Shown in pieces: positions 28,360-37,624 of a DNA stretch of 64,000 bases. Within the stretch, counting starts at the first letter, position 1. Every line of letters begins with the position of its first letter. The position numbers and the translations under genes were made by a program. The notes beneath the pieces are model-generated. The model was given only the letters and a program-made list of their open reading frames with translations, was not told the origin of the DNA and did no database searches. The stretch is taken from contig CAJJCY010000003.1 in assembly GCA_905182865.1 (NCBI GenBank), positions 393,740 through 457,739 on the forward strand, read 5' to 3'. The DNA is from an uncultured SAR324 cluster bacterium. GTDB taxonomy: Bacteria > SAR324 > NAC60-12.

Positions 28360-29661
28360 ATGCGTGTAACTGAGGTCACTAAGCGTGACCATGTAGTAGA
28401 CAATATTCAAAAATCTTCAGGGAAGCTTCAGGATATTCAAATCCAGATGGCTTCCGGCCGTCGTTTGAACAAAACCTCGGATGATCCAATTGGTGCAGCC
28501 AGATCACAGGATATTGTAACCACACTTTCTTCACAGAAACAGCAACTCCAAAACATTGAAGACAATATTGCCTGGTTGCAGCGTTCAGAGTTGGAAATTG
28601 GACATATTAATGAAATATTGGGACAAATTCGTACTCTTGCTATTTCACAGGCCGGCAGTGATTCAAACGAAGAAACCAGGCAAATGGTGGCTCGAGAGTT
28701 TGCTGTGGCCCGAAAAACTTTATTTAACACCGGAAATGCACGTGAAGGAAAACTTTATTTGTTTTCGGGCATAAAAAGTCTTTCTCCTGCTTTGAAAAAA
28801 AATGGTATATTTCAACCGGCAAAAGTTGAGAAAAGCGGAGTTACGCAGAAAGATATCAGGGAATTACTGGATGTGAAACAATTTAGAGCGCAATTTGAGG
28901 GTTTTTCTACTAATAACTATCGAATAAAAGTCACAAAAGGTGGAGTTTGGGGACAAGCCAGAATAAAGATTTCAGACGATGGCGGACGAACCTGGAGTAA
29001 AGAACAGACATTACGTCCGGTGATTCACGTATTTAACCAGGATGGAAAACTTAATGACCAGGTTTTGCTTAAATTTTCTGACCAAGAAGGTCGTTTGGGC
29101 AACATTCTACCAAAACAATTTGATTTTAATTCAGAAAAATCGGCAGAATTTGACTTAGATGAACTTGGTGTTTTGTTTCCTGAAGGAATTGAGTTTGTGT
29201 ATCAACCAAACCCGGAAGTATCATATAATGGATCAATACATAAAAAAGAATCTTTGATTTCAAATGGACTTTCAATTCCGGTAAATATTACTGCTCAGGA
29301 ACTGCTGCTTGGAGAAGATGAGGATGGCGTAGACACTTTTTCTTTACTTGCTGTAATGGAGAGAGCTCTTCTTGAAAATGATGGCATTGCGATTGCAAAA
29401 CGTTTAGATCAGCTTAACTTGGCACAAAATCAGGTTCTGAAGCAGCAGGCAGACGTTGGAAATATTGTTCGTGAACTCTATTCAACTCAGTCCAGGCTGG
29501 AAAATCAGCAGTTTGAAAAGGAGAGTCAGCTTTCTGATATCCAGGATTTAGATGTTGCGGAAGCAACTGTGGACCTTAAAGTCGCAGAGGCTAACAACAG
29601 ACTTTCACTGAATACCGGAGCTCGCTTGATCCAACCGTCACTGTCGGATTTTCTCCGTTAA
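28360..29661 (+). CDS. flgL: Flagellar hook-associated protein 3 FlgL, with a ~200-aa central insertion
   Basis: Flagellin-like N- and C-terminal helices ('SGRRLNKTSDDPIGAARS', C-terminal 'QLSDIQDLDVAEATVDLKVAEANNRLSL'). Confidence 0.85.
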   Translation: MRVTEVTKRDHVVDNIQKSSGKLQDIQIQMASGRRLNKTSDDPIGAARSQDIVTTLSSQKQQLQNIEDNIAWLQRSELEIGHINEILGQIRTLAISQAGSDSNEETRQMVAREFAVARKTLFNTGNAREGKLYLFSGIKSLSPALKKNGIFQPAKVEKSGVTQKDIRELLDVKQFRAQFEGFSTNNYRIKVTKGGVWGQARIKISDDGGRTWSKEQTLRPVIHVFNQDGKLNDQVLLKFSDQEGRLGNILPKQFDFNSEKSAEFDLDELGVLFPEGIEFVYQPNPEVSYNGSIHKKESLISNGLSIPVNITAQELLLGEDEDGVDTFSLLAVMERALLENDGIAIAKRLDQLNLAQNQVLKQQADVGNIVRELYSTQSRLENQQFEKESQLSDIQDLDVAEATVDLKVAEANNRLSLNTGARLIQPSLSDFLR

Positions 29662-29666
29662 TTTAT

Positions 29667-29693
29667 CCTGTGAATGATAATCACAGGTTTTTA
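29667..29693 (+). terminator. Rho-independent terminator after flgL
   Basis: Perfect 7-bp stem CCTGTGA/TCACAGG with a 7-nt loop, followed by TTTTTAT. Confidence 0.5.
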
Positions 29694-29728
29694 TAATTTG
29701 GAATTAATTATCTAGAAGACAGATCATT

Positions 29729-29959
29729 ATGCTCATACTGACAAGGAAGTCGGGAGAAAGTATAACCATTGGGGATGATGTAAAAATCATGGTGGTTGAG
29801 GTCAAGGGCAAACAAGTTCGAATTGGAATCGATGCACCCCGAAGTTATATAATCCACAGAGAAGAAGTATATATAAGCATTCAGGAAGAAAACAGGCGTG
29901 CAGCAGAAGGGTCGCCACTTTCGTTATCCGGAATCAAACACCTTTTTGGTAAACTCTAA
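29729..29959 (+). CDS. csrA: Carbon storage regulator CsrA (long, FliW-partnered type)
   Basis: '[48 protein letters not shown]' plus a C-terminal extension. Confidence 0.9.
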   Translation: MLILTRKSGESITIGDDVKIMVVEVKGKQVRIGIDAPRSYIIHREEVYISIQEENRRAAEGSPLSLSGIKHLFGKL

Positions 29960-29973
29960 TCAATAAAACATTA

Positions 29974-30477
29974 ATGCTTGTTCAAACCACACGCTTCGGT
30001 GAGATCGATGTTAAAGACGATCAAATAATTAGTTTTCATTCAGGATTGATAGGTTTTTCGGAAGCCCAACGTTTTGTGATCCGGGAAGATGAAGCAGCAG
30101 CACCTTTTCGCTGGCTCCAGTCCATTGATAGTGAAGATCTTGCTTTTGTGATGATTGAACCGCATGTCTCTATTTCAAATTATGAGCTTGAGTTAACAAA
30201 TGTTCACCTGAAAAAACTTCATGCAGAAAAAACTGAAGATCTGTCAGTCTATACCCTGGTCACCATGGCCAAAATAATGAAGGATGTGACTATTAATTTA
30301 CAGGGCCCCCTGCTTTTTAATCTTGAAAAGCGCCTTGGAATTCAGATCATTGTTCAAGATGGTAGATACTCTACACGTCATTCACTGTTTGCTGAAAAAT
30401 TAAAAAATAGTACTCCTGAGTCTTCATCACAGGAAGAGCCGGAGAACAGCAGCAGGTCTTTAGAACAAGTCGGGTAA
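29974..30477 (+). CDS. fliW: flagellar assembly factor FliW
   Basis: 'FGEIDVKDDQIISFHSGLIGF' FliW N-terminus, and the adjacent csrA. Confidence 0.85.
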   Translation: MLVQTTRFGEIDVKDDQIISFHSGLIGFSEAQRFVIREDEAAAPFRWLQSIDSEDLAFVMIEPHVSISNYELELTNVHLKKLHAEKTEDLSVYTLVTMAKIMKDVTINLQGPLLFNLEKRLGIQIIVQDGRYSTRHSLFAEKLKNSTPESSSQEEPENSSRSLEQVG

Positions 30478-30553
30478 TCCGGCATCAGTCCTTAATCGGC
30501 AATGAAACTGAAGTTCTCATGCTGACAAAATTCCTTCCTGCAAACACTCAATA

Positions 30554-31240
30554 ATGAGTGAAATACAAAAACCCCTTAAATCTATTGAAGTCAGACAAAT
30601 CTGTTTAGAGAATGATTTGGAGATTTCAGATTCCCAATGGCAGCTGCTGGAAAAGTGGGCTGTGATGTTGCTGGATGTCAACCAGAAAGTAAATTTAATT
30701 TCCCGTAAAGAAACAGATTTATTGTGGGAAAAACAAATATTGCCCTGTCTTTCATTACTGGTTTTACGTAAAATTGAAAAAGGTGCAGATGTTTGTGATT
30801 TTGGTACAGGAGGAGGATTGCCGGGAATGATACTGGCCATAGTACGTCCTGATTTGCGGCTGACTTTGTTGGATTCACGTCAGAAAAAAATTGTTGTACT
30901 TCAACAAATGATTGATGAATTAAAACTCAAAAATGTTCAGACTGTCCCTGGGCGAGGGGAAGAGTTAGGCAAACAACGTCCCTGGTGTCATAGATTCCCG
31001 TTTGTGACAGCACGTGCAGTTGCACCTTTGATCGATTTAGTACGCTGGACCTCTGATTTGAGAAAACCGGATTCAGTACTGCATATTTTTAAGGGTGGAG
31101 AAATCAGGAATGAAGTAACTGCACTGACTAAAATAGTTTCCGGCATCAAAGTCAAGAAGTCTTTGATGGTACTAAAGGGATATCCACATTTTGCAGAGAA
31201 TCAAAAATATTTAATATCTTTAGAATTTTCCTCTAAATAA
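30554..31240 (+). CDS. rsmG: 16S rRNA (guanine527-N7)-methyltransferase RsmG
   Basis: SAM motif 'DFGTGGGLPGMILAI' and full-length RsmG similarity. Confidence 0.85.
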   Translation: MSEIQKPLKSIEVRQICLENDLEISDSQWQLLEKWAVMLLDVNQKVNLISRKETDLLWEKQILPCLSLLVLRKIEKGADVCDFGTGGGLPGMILAIVRPDLRLTLLDSRQKKIVVLQQMIDELKLKNVQTVPGRGEELGKQRPWCHRFPFVTARAVAPLIDLVRWTSDLRKPDSVLHIFKGGEIRNEVTALTKIVSGIKVKKSLMVLKGYPHFAENQKYLISLEFSSK

Positions 31241-31423
31241 CTCGTTAGTCACGAGTTCTCGTAAGATAATGATATTGTTGTTTACGGTTTGTCATCTCGA
31301 CCGAAGAAAGGGACCTGATAAAATACTTATATCGGGCAAGATTCTTCACATACTTTCGGGATGACATGACAAAGCTAGTGTTTGTCCAGTAAATAAATAC
31401 ACAAATTTTACCTTATATTTAAC

Positions 31424-32197
31424 ATGCGGATTATTTCTGCCAATCTTAATGGAATTCGTTCGGCAAGTTCAAAGAGTTTTTTTGAATGGCTACACACACA
31501 AAAAGCAGATCTGGTTTGCCTGCAGGAAACCAGAATTCAGCCGGACCAACTAACTGAAATCATGCTCAATCCACCAGGTTTAAAGAGTGCCTTTGTATTT
31601 GCTGAGAAAAAAGGTTATTCCGGAGTTGGGCTATATTTCCGGAAAAAACCGGATCGAGTTCATGAAGGTATCGGCTGGTCTGAGTTGGACAAAGAGGGCC
31701 GCTTCATTCAGGCAGATTTTGGCAAATTGAGTATTGTCTCACTTTATCTACCCTCCGGAAGCAGCGGAGATATCCGGCAAAATTTTAAGTACAAGGTGCT
31801 AGATTATTTAGATAAATGGCTTTTGGAAGCTAAATTATCCGGAAGGGAAATTATAATCTGCGGAGACTGGAATATTGCGCACAAGGAGATTGATTTGAAA
31901 AACTGGAGAAACAACCGTAAAAATTCTGGGTTTTTACCCGAGGAACGTGCGTGGATGACAAAAATATTTTCTGAACTTGGTTATGTGGATGTATTCCGGA
32001 CACTTAATCCTGATCCCGATCAATATACCTGGTGGTCAAACCGCGGTAGATCGTGGGATAATAATGTTGGTTGGAGACTAGATTACCAGGTTGCCACTCC
32101 TGGAATTGGAGCCAAAGCAGTTAAGCAGTCAATTTACAAAAAGCAGCGTTTTTCAGATCATGCCCCACTGATCATTGATTATGATTACAGACTTTAA
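31424..32197 (+). CDS. xth: exodeoxyribonuclease III
   Basis: 'MRIISANLNGIRSA' N-terminus and the C-terminal 'SDHAPL' motif. Confidence 0.9.
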   Translation: MRIISANLNGIRSASSKSFFEWLHTQKADLVCLQETRIQPDQLTEIMLNPPGLKSAFVFAEKKGYSGVGLYFRKKPDRVHEGIGWSELDKEGRFIQADFGKLSIVSLYLPSGSSGDIRQNFKYKVLDYLDKWLLEAKLSGREIIICGDWNIAHKEIDLKNWRNNRKNSGFLPEERAWMTKIFSELGYVDVFRTLNPDPDQYTWWSNRGRSWDNNVGWRLDYQVATPGIGAKAVKQSIYKKQRFSDHAPLIIDYDYRL

Positions 32198-32236
32198 TCA
32201 CATTGAATTTGTGTAACAGACGTTTTCCCTCCTACG

Positions 32237-32680
32237 CTATTCCAGTTTAAATACCCTATCAAAGACTCGGCGTAAAAAATCTGGCTGCTGCTCTCCATTT
32301 AAGGTGCTGATTTTTGTCCCGTCAGGTTTAAAAAAGAGCAGAGTGACTTTGCTGACGTTGTGATATTCTGCAAACCAGCGTCCTTCTTTGGAGTTCAGAT
32401 TAGCAACTAGGAAACGTATTTTCCCTTTATATTCCGGCTGGAGCGAGTTGACCACCCGCTTGAGTGCACGGCAGGAAGGTCAACCGGGGTCATGAATCTG
32501 GACTACTATGTTTTCTCCCTTGCCGATTGCTGACAGGTCTTTGTCTTCTTCTGTGCTGTCAAGCCATATCCAACCAGCAAGAACAAGTATCAGCACGCTC
32601 GTAATGGAAACCAGCCAACGAACATTTTGTCTTCGGTGAGCTTTTTTGGAAGAACCTTTTACCCTTCGATGTTTGCTCAT
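32237..32680 (-). CDS. Membrane-anchored thioredoxin-fold protein with an in-frame TGA (putative selenocysteine) at the CxxC position. Reads '...VVQIHDPG-U-PSC-RALK...'.
   Basis: ORFs 32480-32680 and 32237-32455 are in the same frame, separated only by TGA at 32480-32482. The join aligns residue-for-residue with the thioredoxin WCGPC region. There is an N-terminal TM helix. Confidence 0.65.
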
Positions 32681-32786
32681 ATAAATTTCCTTTCAGTTAA
32701 TTCTTCAATAATCCGGATTGATCATTGTGTCAATCATGCTATATTAACCTGAACTTAAAATACACACAAACCATGAACAGGTTTTT

Positions 32787-33194
32787 ATGGAAATTATTAC
32801 ATGGGGCGATATTCGTCGGGGTACATTAGCCATCGTTCTTGTGATCGTGCCAACTGTTTTGCTTGGAACATATATGGGTCCGGTACTGAAAAGTTACCAG
32901 ATTACAGGGCCTGGACTGTGGGAACTGAAACGCAAAGGTGCTCCGGATACCCTGATTGAACCACTGCATGAGTTGCGGCTAAAACCATTCTTTTTTAAGT
33001 TTCGACTAATGAGTGAAGTGGAGTCCAGAATTTCTAATGAAGATTTATTCAAAAAATATGAAAAGAAAATAGAGCGTCAAATCTCAGGTATAGCCATGCC
33101 TGCAGTTGAGTATATTTTTCTTACTGTTTTAGCAGCTTATTATTGGATTTTATGGTTTGTAACTAGGAGATGGTTCCCTGATGGAAAAGTATGA
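32787..33194 (+). CDS. hypothetical membrane protein
   Basis: Two predicted TM helices and no motif. Confidence 0.3.
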   Translation: MEIITWGDIRRGTLAIVLVIVPTVLLGTYMGPVLKSYQITGPGLWELKRKGAPDTLIEPLHELRLKPFFFKFRLMSEVESRISNEDLFKKYEKKIERQISGIAMPAVEYIFLTVLAAYYWILWFVTRRWFPDGKV

Positions 33195-33306
33195 ATAAGT
33201 TCACGGGTTTTTTACCTTTAAAACCGTTGCTTTTTCATGGTTATATCTCATTTTGGGTTCCCGGATGAAGATCCACGCTTTCAGGTTCAGCTTGAAATCT
33301 GTCACT

Positions 33307-33879
33307 CTATTCATCTTCCGATTCAAGGGGTAGTTCAAGCTGGCTGTCTTCGGGAAGCTTGTCCATGTCGAGTTCACTTAAAGCAGGCAGGTGTTTGAGT
33401 CTGGTGAGTCCAAAAACTTCAAGGAAACCCTTTGTTGTTCCATAAAGTCCGGGCCGTCCAGGTAGCATTTCACGACCCACGATCCGCACCAGTTTTTGCT
33501 GCATAAGGCGGCGGATAGTGTGGGAAGAATCGACTCCTCGAATGAACTCTATTCCAGCCCGGGTAAGGGGTTGTTTGTAGGCAATTATAGCTAAAGTTTC
33601 CATAACTGCAGGTGAAAGTTTGATTACTTTTACTGTTTCTAGAGATTGTGCCCATTTTTTATATTCCGGAAGTGTGTGCATCTGTAAACCGTCTGCAACA
33701 GATTCAATCCGAAAAACACGGTCGGTTTTTTCGTAAGCTGCATTCAGTTCAGAAACCAGTTCCCGAACAAGTCCTGTTTCACAACCACCAATCATTTCCG
33801 CAAGTTGTTTGGGAGATAGTGATTTGGTTGCAACGAACAATATAGTTTCAAGAGCTTGTTTTTGTTCCAGTTTTGTCAT
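33307..33879 (-). CDS. scpB: segregation and condensation protein B
   Basis: Tandem winged-helix ScpB profile ('ALETILFVATKSLSPKQLAEMIG', 'TLAIIAYKQPLTRAGIEFIRGV'). Confidence 0.85.
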   Translation of the reverse strand: MTKLEQKQALETILFVATKSLSPKQLAEMIGGCETGLVRELVSELNAAYEKTDRVFRIESVADGLQMHTLPEYKKWAQSLETVKVIKLSPAVMETLAIIAYKQPLTRAGIEFIRGVDSSHTIRRLMQQKLVRIVGREMLPGRPGLYGTTKGFLEVFGLTRLKHLPALSELDMDKLPEDSQLELPLESEDE

Positions 33880-33899
33880 AGAATCCCAATCAGTAAATA

Positions 33900-34205
33900 T
33901 TAATGCACATCTTTCTGTATGAGTGATATGATAAGGACTGCAATTCCGGTTATCAAAACAATAAACATCAAAGCGGTAAAATGCATGTCTGCATTAAATC
34001 CACAGGAAACATCACCGAGAATACCATCCACAGGCTGCAGATAAAGTTCCCCGCATAATAACCGGCTAAAATAAGAAGAAATTATGTATGAAAACCTGTT
34101 GATTAACCAGAGCAAAACTGAACCGGCGATGAGTATGGTTCCCAGCCTTCTTTTATTCATTTGCCCCTTTTTGTTTGCACAGCAGCAAATTATGCAAGCA
34201 AACAT
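33900..34205 (-). CDS. hypothetical small membrane protein
   Basis: Two TM helices. The start is uncertain. Confidence 0.3.
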   Translation of the reverse strand: MFACIICCCANKKGQMNKRRLGTILIAGSVLLWLINRFSYIISSYFSRLLCGELYLQPVDGILGDVSCGFNADMHFTALMFIVLITGIAVLIISLIQKDVH

Positions 34206-34261
34206 ACTCCGTAGTTAAAACTCAACATTATCCCAATTCTTATCTATAACGCAACCCTTTT

Positions 34262-34684
34262 TTGAGCAATTTGATGGATACATCCAGTATAGATTATGCA
34301 GAAGGCCGTGTTTTTACCTTTGAGGATGAAAGCGCAATTCGGCCCGGCTTTCTGGAAACAATTGAGTATTCAGGTCCACGGCAGCATGTAAGCTACCAAA
34401 TGAATGAATTTGCGGCAGTTTGTCCTTTTTCCGGTCTTCCGGACACAGGAATTGTCTGGGTCGACTATGTACCTAAACAGAAACTTATTGAACTCAAGGC
34501 ACTGAAATATTATTTCCTTTCATTCCGCAATGTTGGAATTTTCCAGGAAGCTGTAACTTCCAGGATTTTTAAGGACTTGTATCCACTTCTTGAACCGGAA
34601 GAATTGCTGATCAAAACTAGCTACAATACTCGTGGCGGCATTGACACCACCTGCACCATTGATTCCAATGAACAAAAAAACTGA
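34262..34684 (+). CDS. queF: NADPH-dependent 7-cyano-7-deazaguanine reductase QueF (type I)
   Basis: Catalytic Cys motif 'AVCPFSGLPD' and the QueF motif 'ELKALKYYF'. Confidence 0.85.
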   Translation: MSNLMDTSSIDYAEGRVFTFEDESAIRPGFLETIEYSGPRQHVSYQMNEFAAVCPFSGLPDTGIVWVDYVPKQKLIELKALKYYFLSFRNVGIFQEAVTSRIFKDLYPLLEPEELLIKTSYNTRGGIDTTCTIDSNEQKN

Positions 34685-35873
34685 CTCATCTGTTCTCCGG
34701 GAAGATACCAAAGTTGTTGTTTCCGGACGTGATACAAAAAATTACGGAGGTGTGATTAATCCACCTGTTTATCATGGCTCGACTATCCTCGCAGAAAGTG
34801 TGGAGAGCTACAATTCTCGATATCTTGAAGCAAAGGAGGGTGAGCAGGTAATGGTTTATGGAACAATGGGAAATCCCACAGCATGGGCTCTGGAAAATGC
34901 AATTGCAGAACTGGAGGGTGGTTATCACTGTTCAACATATCCTTCCGGACTGGCAGCAATTTCGGTTGCGTTGATGGCTTTTTTGAAAAGCGGTGACCAT
35001 TTGCTGATGACAGACAGTATTTATGCTCCAACCCGGAGATTTTGCGACACAGTTTTGCGGCGCTTCGGAGTGGAAACAACATACTATGATCCATTAATTG
35101 GCGCAGAAATTGAGTCTTTGATGCGCCCCAATACAGCGGTAATCTTCACCGAGTCACCAGGTTCAAATACTTTTGAAGTCCAGGATATTCCTGCCATTGC
35201 AGAAGTTGCCAGAAAACATGGAGCAATTACTCAACTAGACAACACCTGGGCCTCACCGCTTTATTTCAAGCCTTTTGAACATGGAGTCGATATTTCCATT
35301 CAGGCGGCTACAAAATACATTGTCGGACATTCGGATGTTTTGCTCGGATCTGTTACTACTACCAGGGAGAATTGGAAAATTTTGCGGGACTGTACATGGC
35401 ACTTCGGACAATGTGTCGCTCCTGATGATCTTTACCTAGCTCAGCGCGGTTTGCGGACTATGGCTGTGCGCCTGCGTCAACATCAAAAAAGTAGCCTTGA
35501 AATTGCAGAATGGCTCAGTAATCGTAATGAAGTACGGCAGGTTTTGTATCCAGCTCTTCCGGATGCTCCAGGACATGAAATATGGAAACGTGATTTTTTG
35601 GGAGCCAGCGGATTATTTGGTGTTGAGTTGGAAACATTTTCCAAAAAGGCTGTGGAAAAAATGATTGACGAAATGCGATTGTTTGGAATTGGATCATCAT
35701 GGGGGGGCTACGAAAGTCTGATACTGCCGGTTAATGTTCGTGATCTGCGGACTGCTTCGCCGTGGCGTTTTGAAGGTCCACTGCTGCGCCTGCACATCGG
35801 ACTTGAGGATGTTGACGATTTAAAGGATGATTTAAACGATGGATTGGAACGTCTGCGGAATTTTCAAAGTTGA
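34668..35873 (+). CDS. metC: PLP-dependent trans-sulfuration enzyme (cystathionine beta-lyase/gamma-synthase family). The ORF opens at 34632.
   Basis: Cys/Met-metabolism PLP family. A Lys-containing 'ATKYIVGHSDVLLG' region and ~400 aa length. Confidence 0.75.
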   Translation: MNKKTDSSVLREDTKVVVSGRDTKNYGGVINPPVYHGSTILAESVESYNSRYLEAKEGEQVMVYGTMGNPTAWALENAIAELEGGYHCSTYPSGLAAISVALMAFLKSGDHLLMTDSIYAPTRRFCDTVLRRFGVETTYYDPLIGAEIESLMRPNTAVIFTESPGSNTFEVQDIPAIAEVARKHGAITQLDNTWASPLYFKPFEHGVDISIQAATKYIVGHSDVLLGSVTTTRENWKILRDCTWHFGQCVAPDDLYLAQRGLRTMAVRLRQHQKSSLEIAEWLSNRNEVRQVLYPALPDAPGHEIWKRDFLGASGLFGVELETFSKKAVEKMIDEMRLFGIGSSWGGYESLILPVNVRDLRTASPWRFEGPLLRLHIGLEDVDDLKDDLNDGLERLRNFQS

Positions 35874-35918
35874 TTTTCTTCTGTAGGAATACTCACAACC
35901 CAACTAAAAAACCTCATA

Positions 35919-36803
35919 ATGAATTTTCTGGTTGCCGATGATTCAGTAGAAGTCTTGGAATTTCTTAAAAAATTCCTGGAAAAAGAGGGACATTCCGTGC
36001 GTTGCACAGGTGATGGTGAAGAAGCTTTGCAGATTTTTCGAGGAGAGGAAATCGACGCAATTTTTTGTGCTCTGACACTGCCTAAGTTGGGAGGATTGGA
36101 ATTGCTTCAGGAAGTTAAATCTGCCAACAGTCGTCGTCCATTTGTAATGATTTGCCCGCAGAATGATACTGAAAGTGCACTCAATGCGTTGCAGCTTGGA
36201 GTCTGTGATTTTCTCATTAAATCGATTCAGCCGATCGAACTCCAACGCACTCTTGACAGAGTTGTTTCACTTAACGAAGGCTTCCACTCAAATGCTTATG
36301 CTATGGATCACCTGCTACAGGAATCACGGACATTGGAAATCGGTAACGATTTTGAAGACGTAAACCGGATTGTTGCATTTATGACGCAGGATTTGCCCAG
36401 CTTTGGTATTTTGGAACAATCACAATTGTTTCGTATGAATGTATTGCTCAAGGAAGCCCTGGAAAACGCTATTTTTCACGGCAACCTGGAATTGAATCCG
36501 GAAATGCGTCGTGAAAATCCTATACTGTTTTATGAAACGGCAAAACGAAAAATGGACATTGATCCATATGACAACCGCAAACTTCTTCTTCAAATTGATA
36601 TCAGCCGAAATTCTGCAAAATACTTGGTTCGTGATGAAGGAAAGGGATTTGCACACTCAGATATACTGGATCCGAAAGATCCTGAAAACCTGCCCCGCAT
36701 CAAAGGACGGGGTCTGCTGATGATAATGAATTTTATGGATGAAGTATTTTGGAACGACCGGGGAAACGAAATGACGATGGTCCGCTACCGGAAGCGTAAC
36801 TAA
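35919..36803 (+). CDS. Response-regulator receiver domain fused to an HATPase_c (RsbW/SpoIIAB-like serine-kinase) domain
   Basis: REC 'LVADDSVEVLEFLKKFLE...DAIFCALTLPKLGG'. The C-terminal 'LKEALENAIFHGN', 'RDEGKGF' and 'GRGLLMIMNFMDEV' are GHKL-ATPase N, G1 and G2 boxes. Confidence 0.7.
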   Translation: MNFLVADDSVEVLEFLKKFLEKEGHSVRCTGDGEEALQIFRGEEIDAIFCALTLPKLGGLELLQEVKSANSRRPFVMICPQNDTESALNALQLGVCDFLIKSIQPIELQRTLDRVVSLNEGFHSNAYAMDHLLQESRTLEIGNDFEDVNRIVAFMTQDLPSFGILEQSQLFRMNVLLKEALENAIFHGNLELNPEMRRENPILFYETAKRKMDIDPYDNRKLLLQIDISRNSAKYLVRDEGKGFAHSDILDPKDPENLPRIKGRGLLMIMNFMDEVFWNDRGNEMTMVRYRKRN

Positions 36804-37624
36804 TGAGTAAAGTTTCAGTACTTGATATTGTTAAAATGAAGTGTTTCACAAGTCTCAAACGGAATATATTTTGTTTCCAAATTTTCATTCTGCTCTTGTT
36901 TTACGGACTTTTGCAAAGCTGTTCTGAAACAGCAAATGTTCAAATTCGTTTGCCAGCCAAAGAGTTGTATCAAAAGGCAATGGTTGCAGTTGAAGACGAA
37001 TTTTACCAGGAAGCATTGAAAAACTTTGAAATCCTGGTTGACGAACATTCTGGAACACGTCTGGCAACTCTTGCGCATTTGAAAATGGGTGAAGTGTATT
37101 TTTTGCAAAGTAAATGGGAAGAGTCCGAGACCAGCTACAGGCGGTTTCTCCTGCTCAATCCCCGCAGTCACCTCACACCTTATGTACTCAACCGTTTGAT
37201 TGCACTTAATTACGAGCGTAACATCTATGGTTTATTTGCAAAGTCACGGGATTACGACCGTAATATGGAACCTAACAGGACTCTCATTCGCGAATACCAG
37301 CGTTTTTATTTGCTTTTTCCACAAAGTCCATATCTGGCAGATGTGAAGGAATATCAGAAAGGAGCATTGGCAGATCTTGCAGAACATGAGCTGCATGTGG
37401 CGAACTACTATTTCGAGAATGAGTCTTACCACTCAGCGATTGGACGCTATCTGTATTTGCTCAAAAATTATCCCGGTTTTCCCCGCACTGGAGTCGTTGC
37501 AGAAAAGCTGATTGAGGCCTACCGCTTGAATCAGCAGCCGGAACTTGCTGACGAAATGCAAAAAATTCTTAAATCTTTGCGGGAGCGAAAAATACTGGCA
37601 CAACTTACAACGAGAGAGGAATGA
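36803..37624 (+). CDS. bamD: Outer-membrane assembly lipoprotein BamD-like (TPR)
   Basis: Lipobox 'LLQSC' and a BamD-like TPR core ('ELYQKAMVAVEDEFYQEALKNFEILV...GEVYFLQSKWEES'). Confidence 0.6.
   Translation: MSKVSVLDIVKMKCFTSLKRNIFCFQIFILLLFYGLLQSCSETANVQIRLPAKELYQKAMVAVEDEFYQEALKNFEILVDEHSGTRLATLAHLKMGEVYFLQSKWEESETSYRRFLLLNPRSHLTPYVLNRLIALNYERNIYGLFAKSRDYDRNMEPNRTLIREYQRFYLLFPQSPYLADVKEYQKGALADLAEHELHVANYYFENESYHSAIGRYLYLLKNYPGFPRTGVVAEKLIEAYRLNQQPELADEMQKILKSLRERKILAQLTTREE

Noticed and set aside
32455-32482. Treating 32237-32455 and 32480-32680 as two separate tiny genes or a nonsense-mutated pseudogene
   Set aside because: The two are in the same frame. The TGA aligns exactly with the thioredoxin active-site Cys, which favours selenocysteine read-through. 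This remains to be confirmed.
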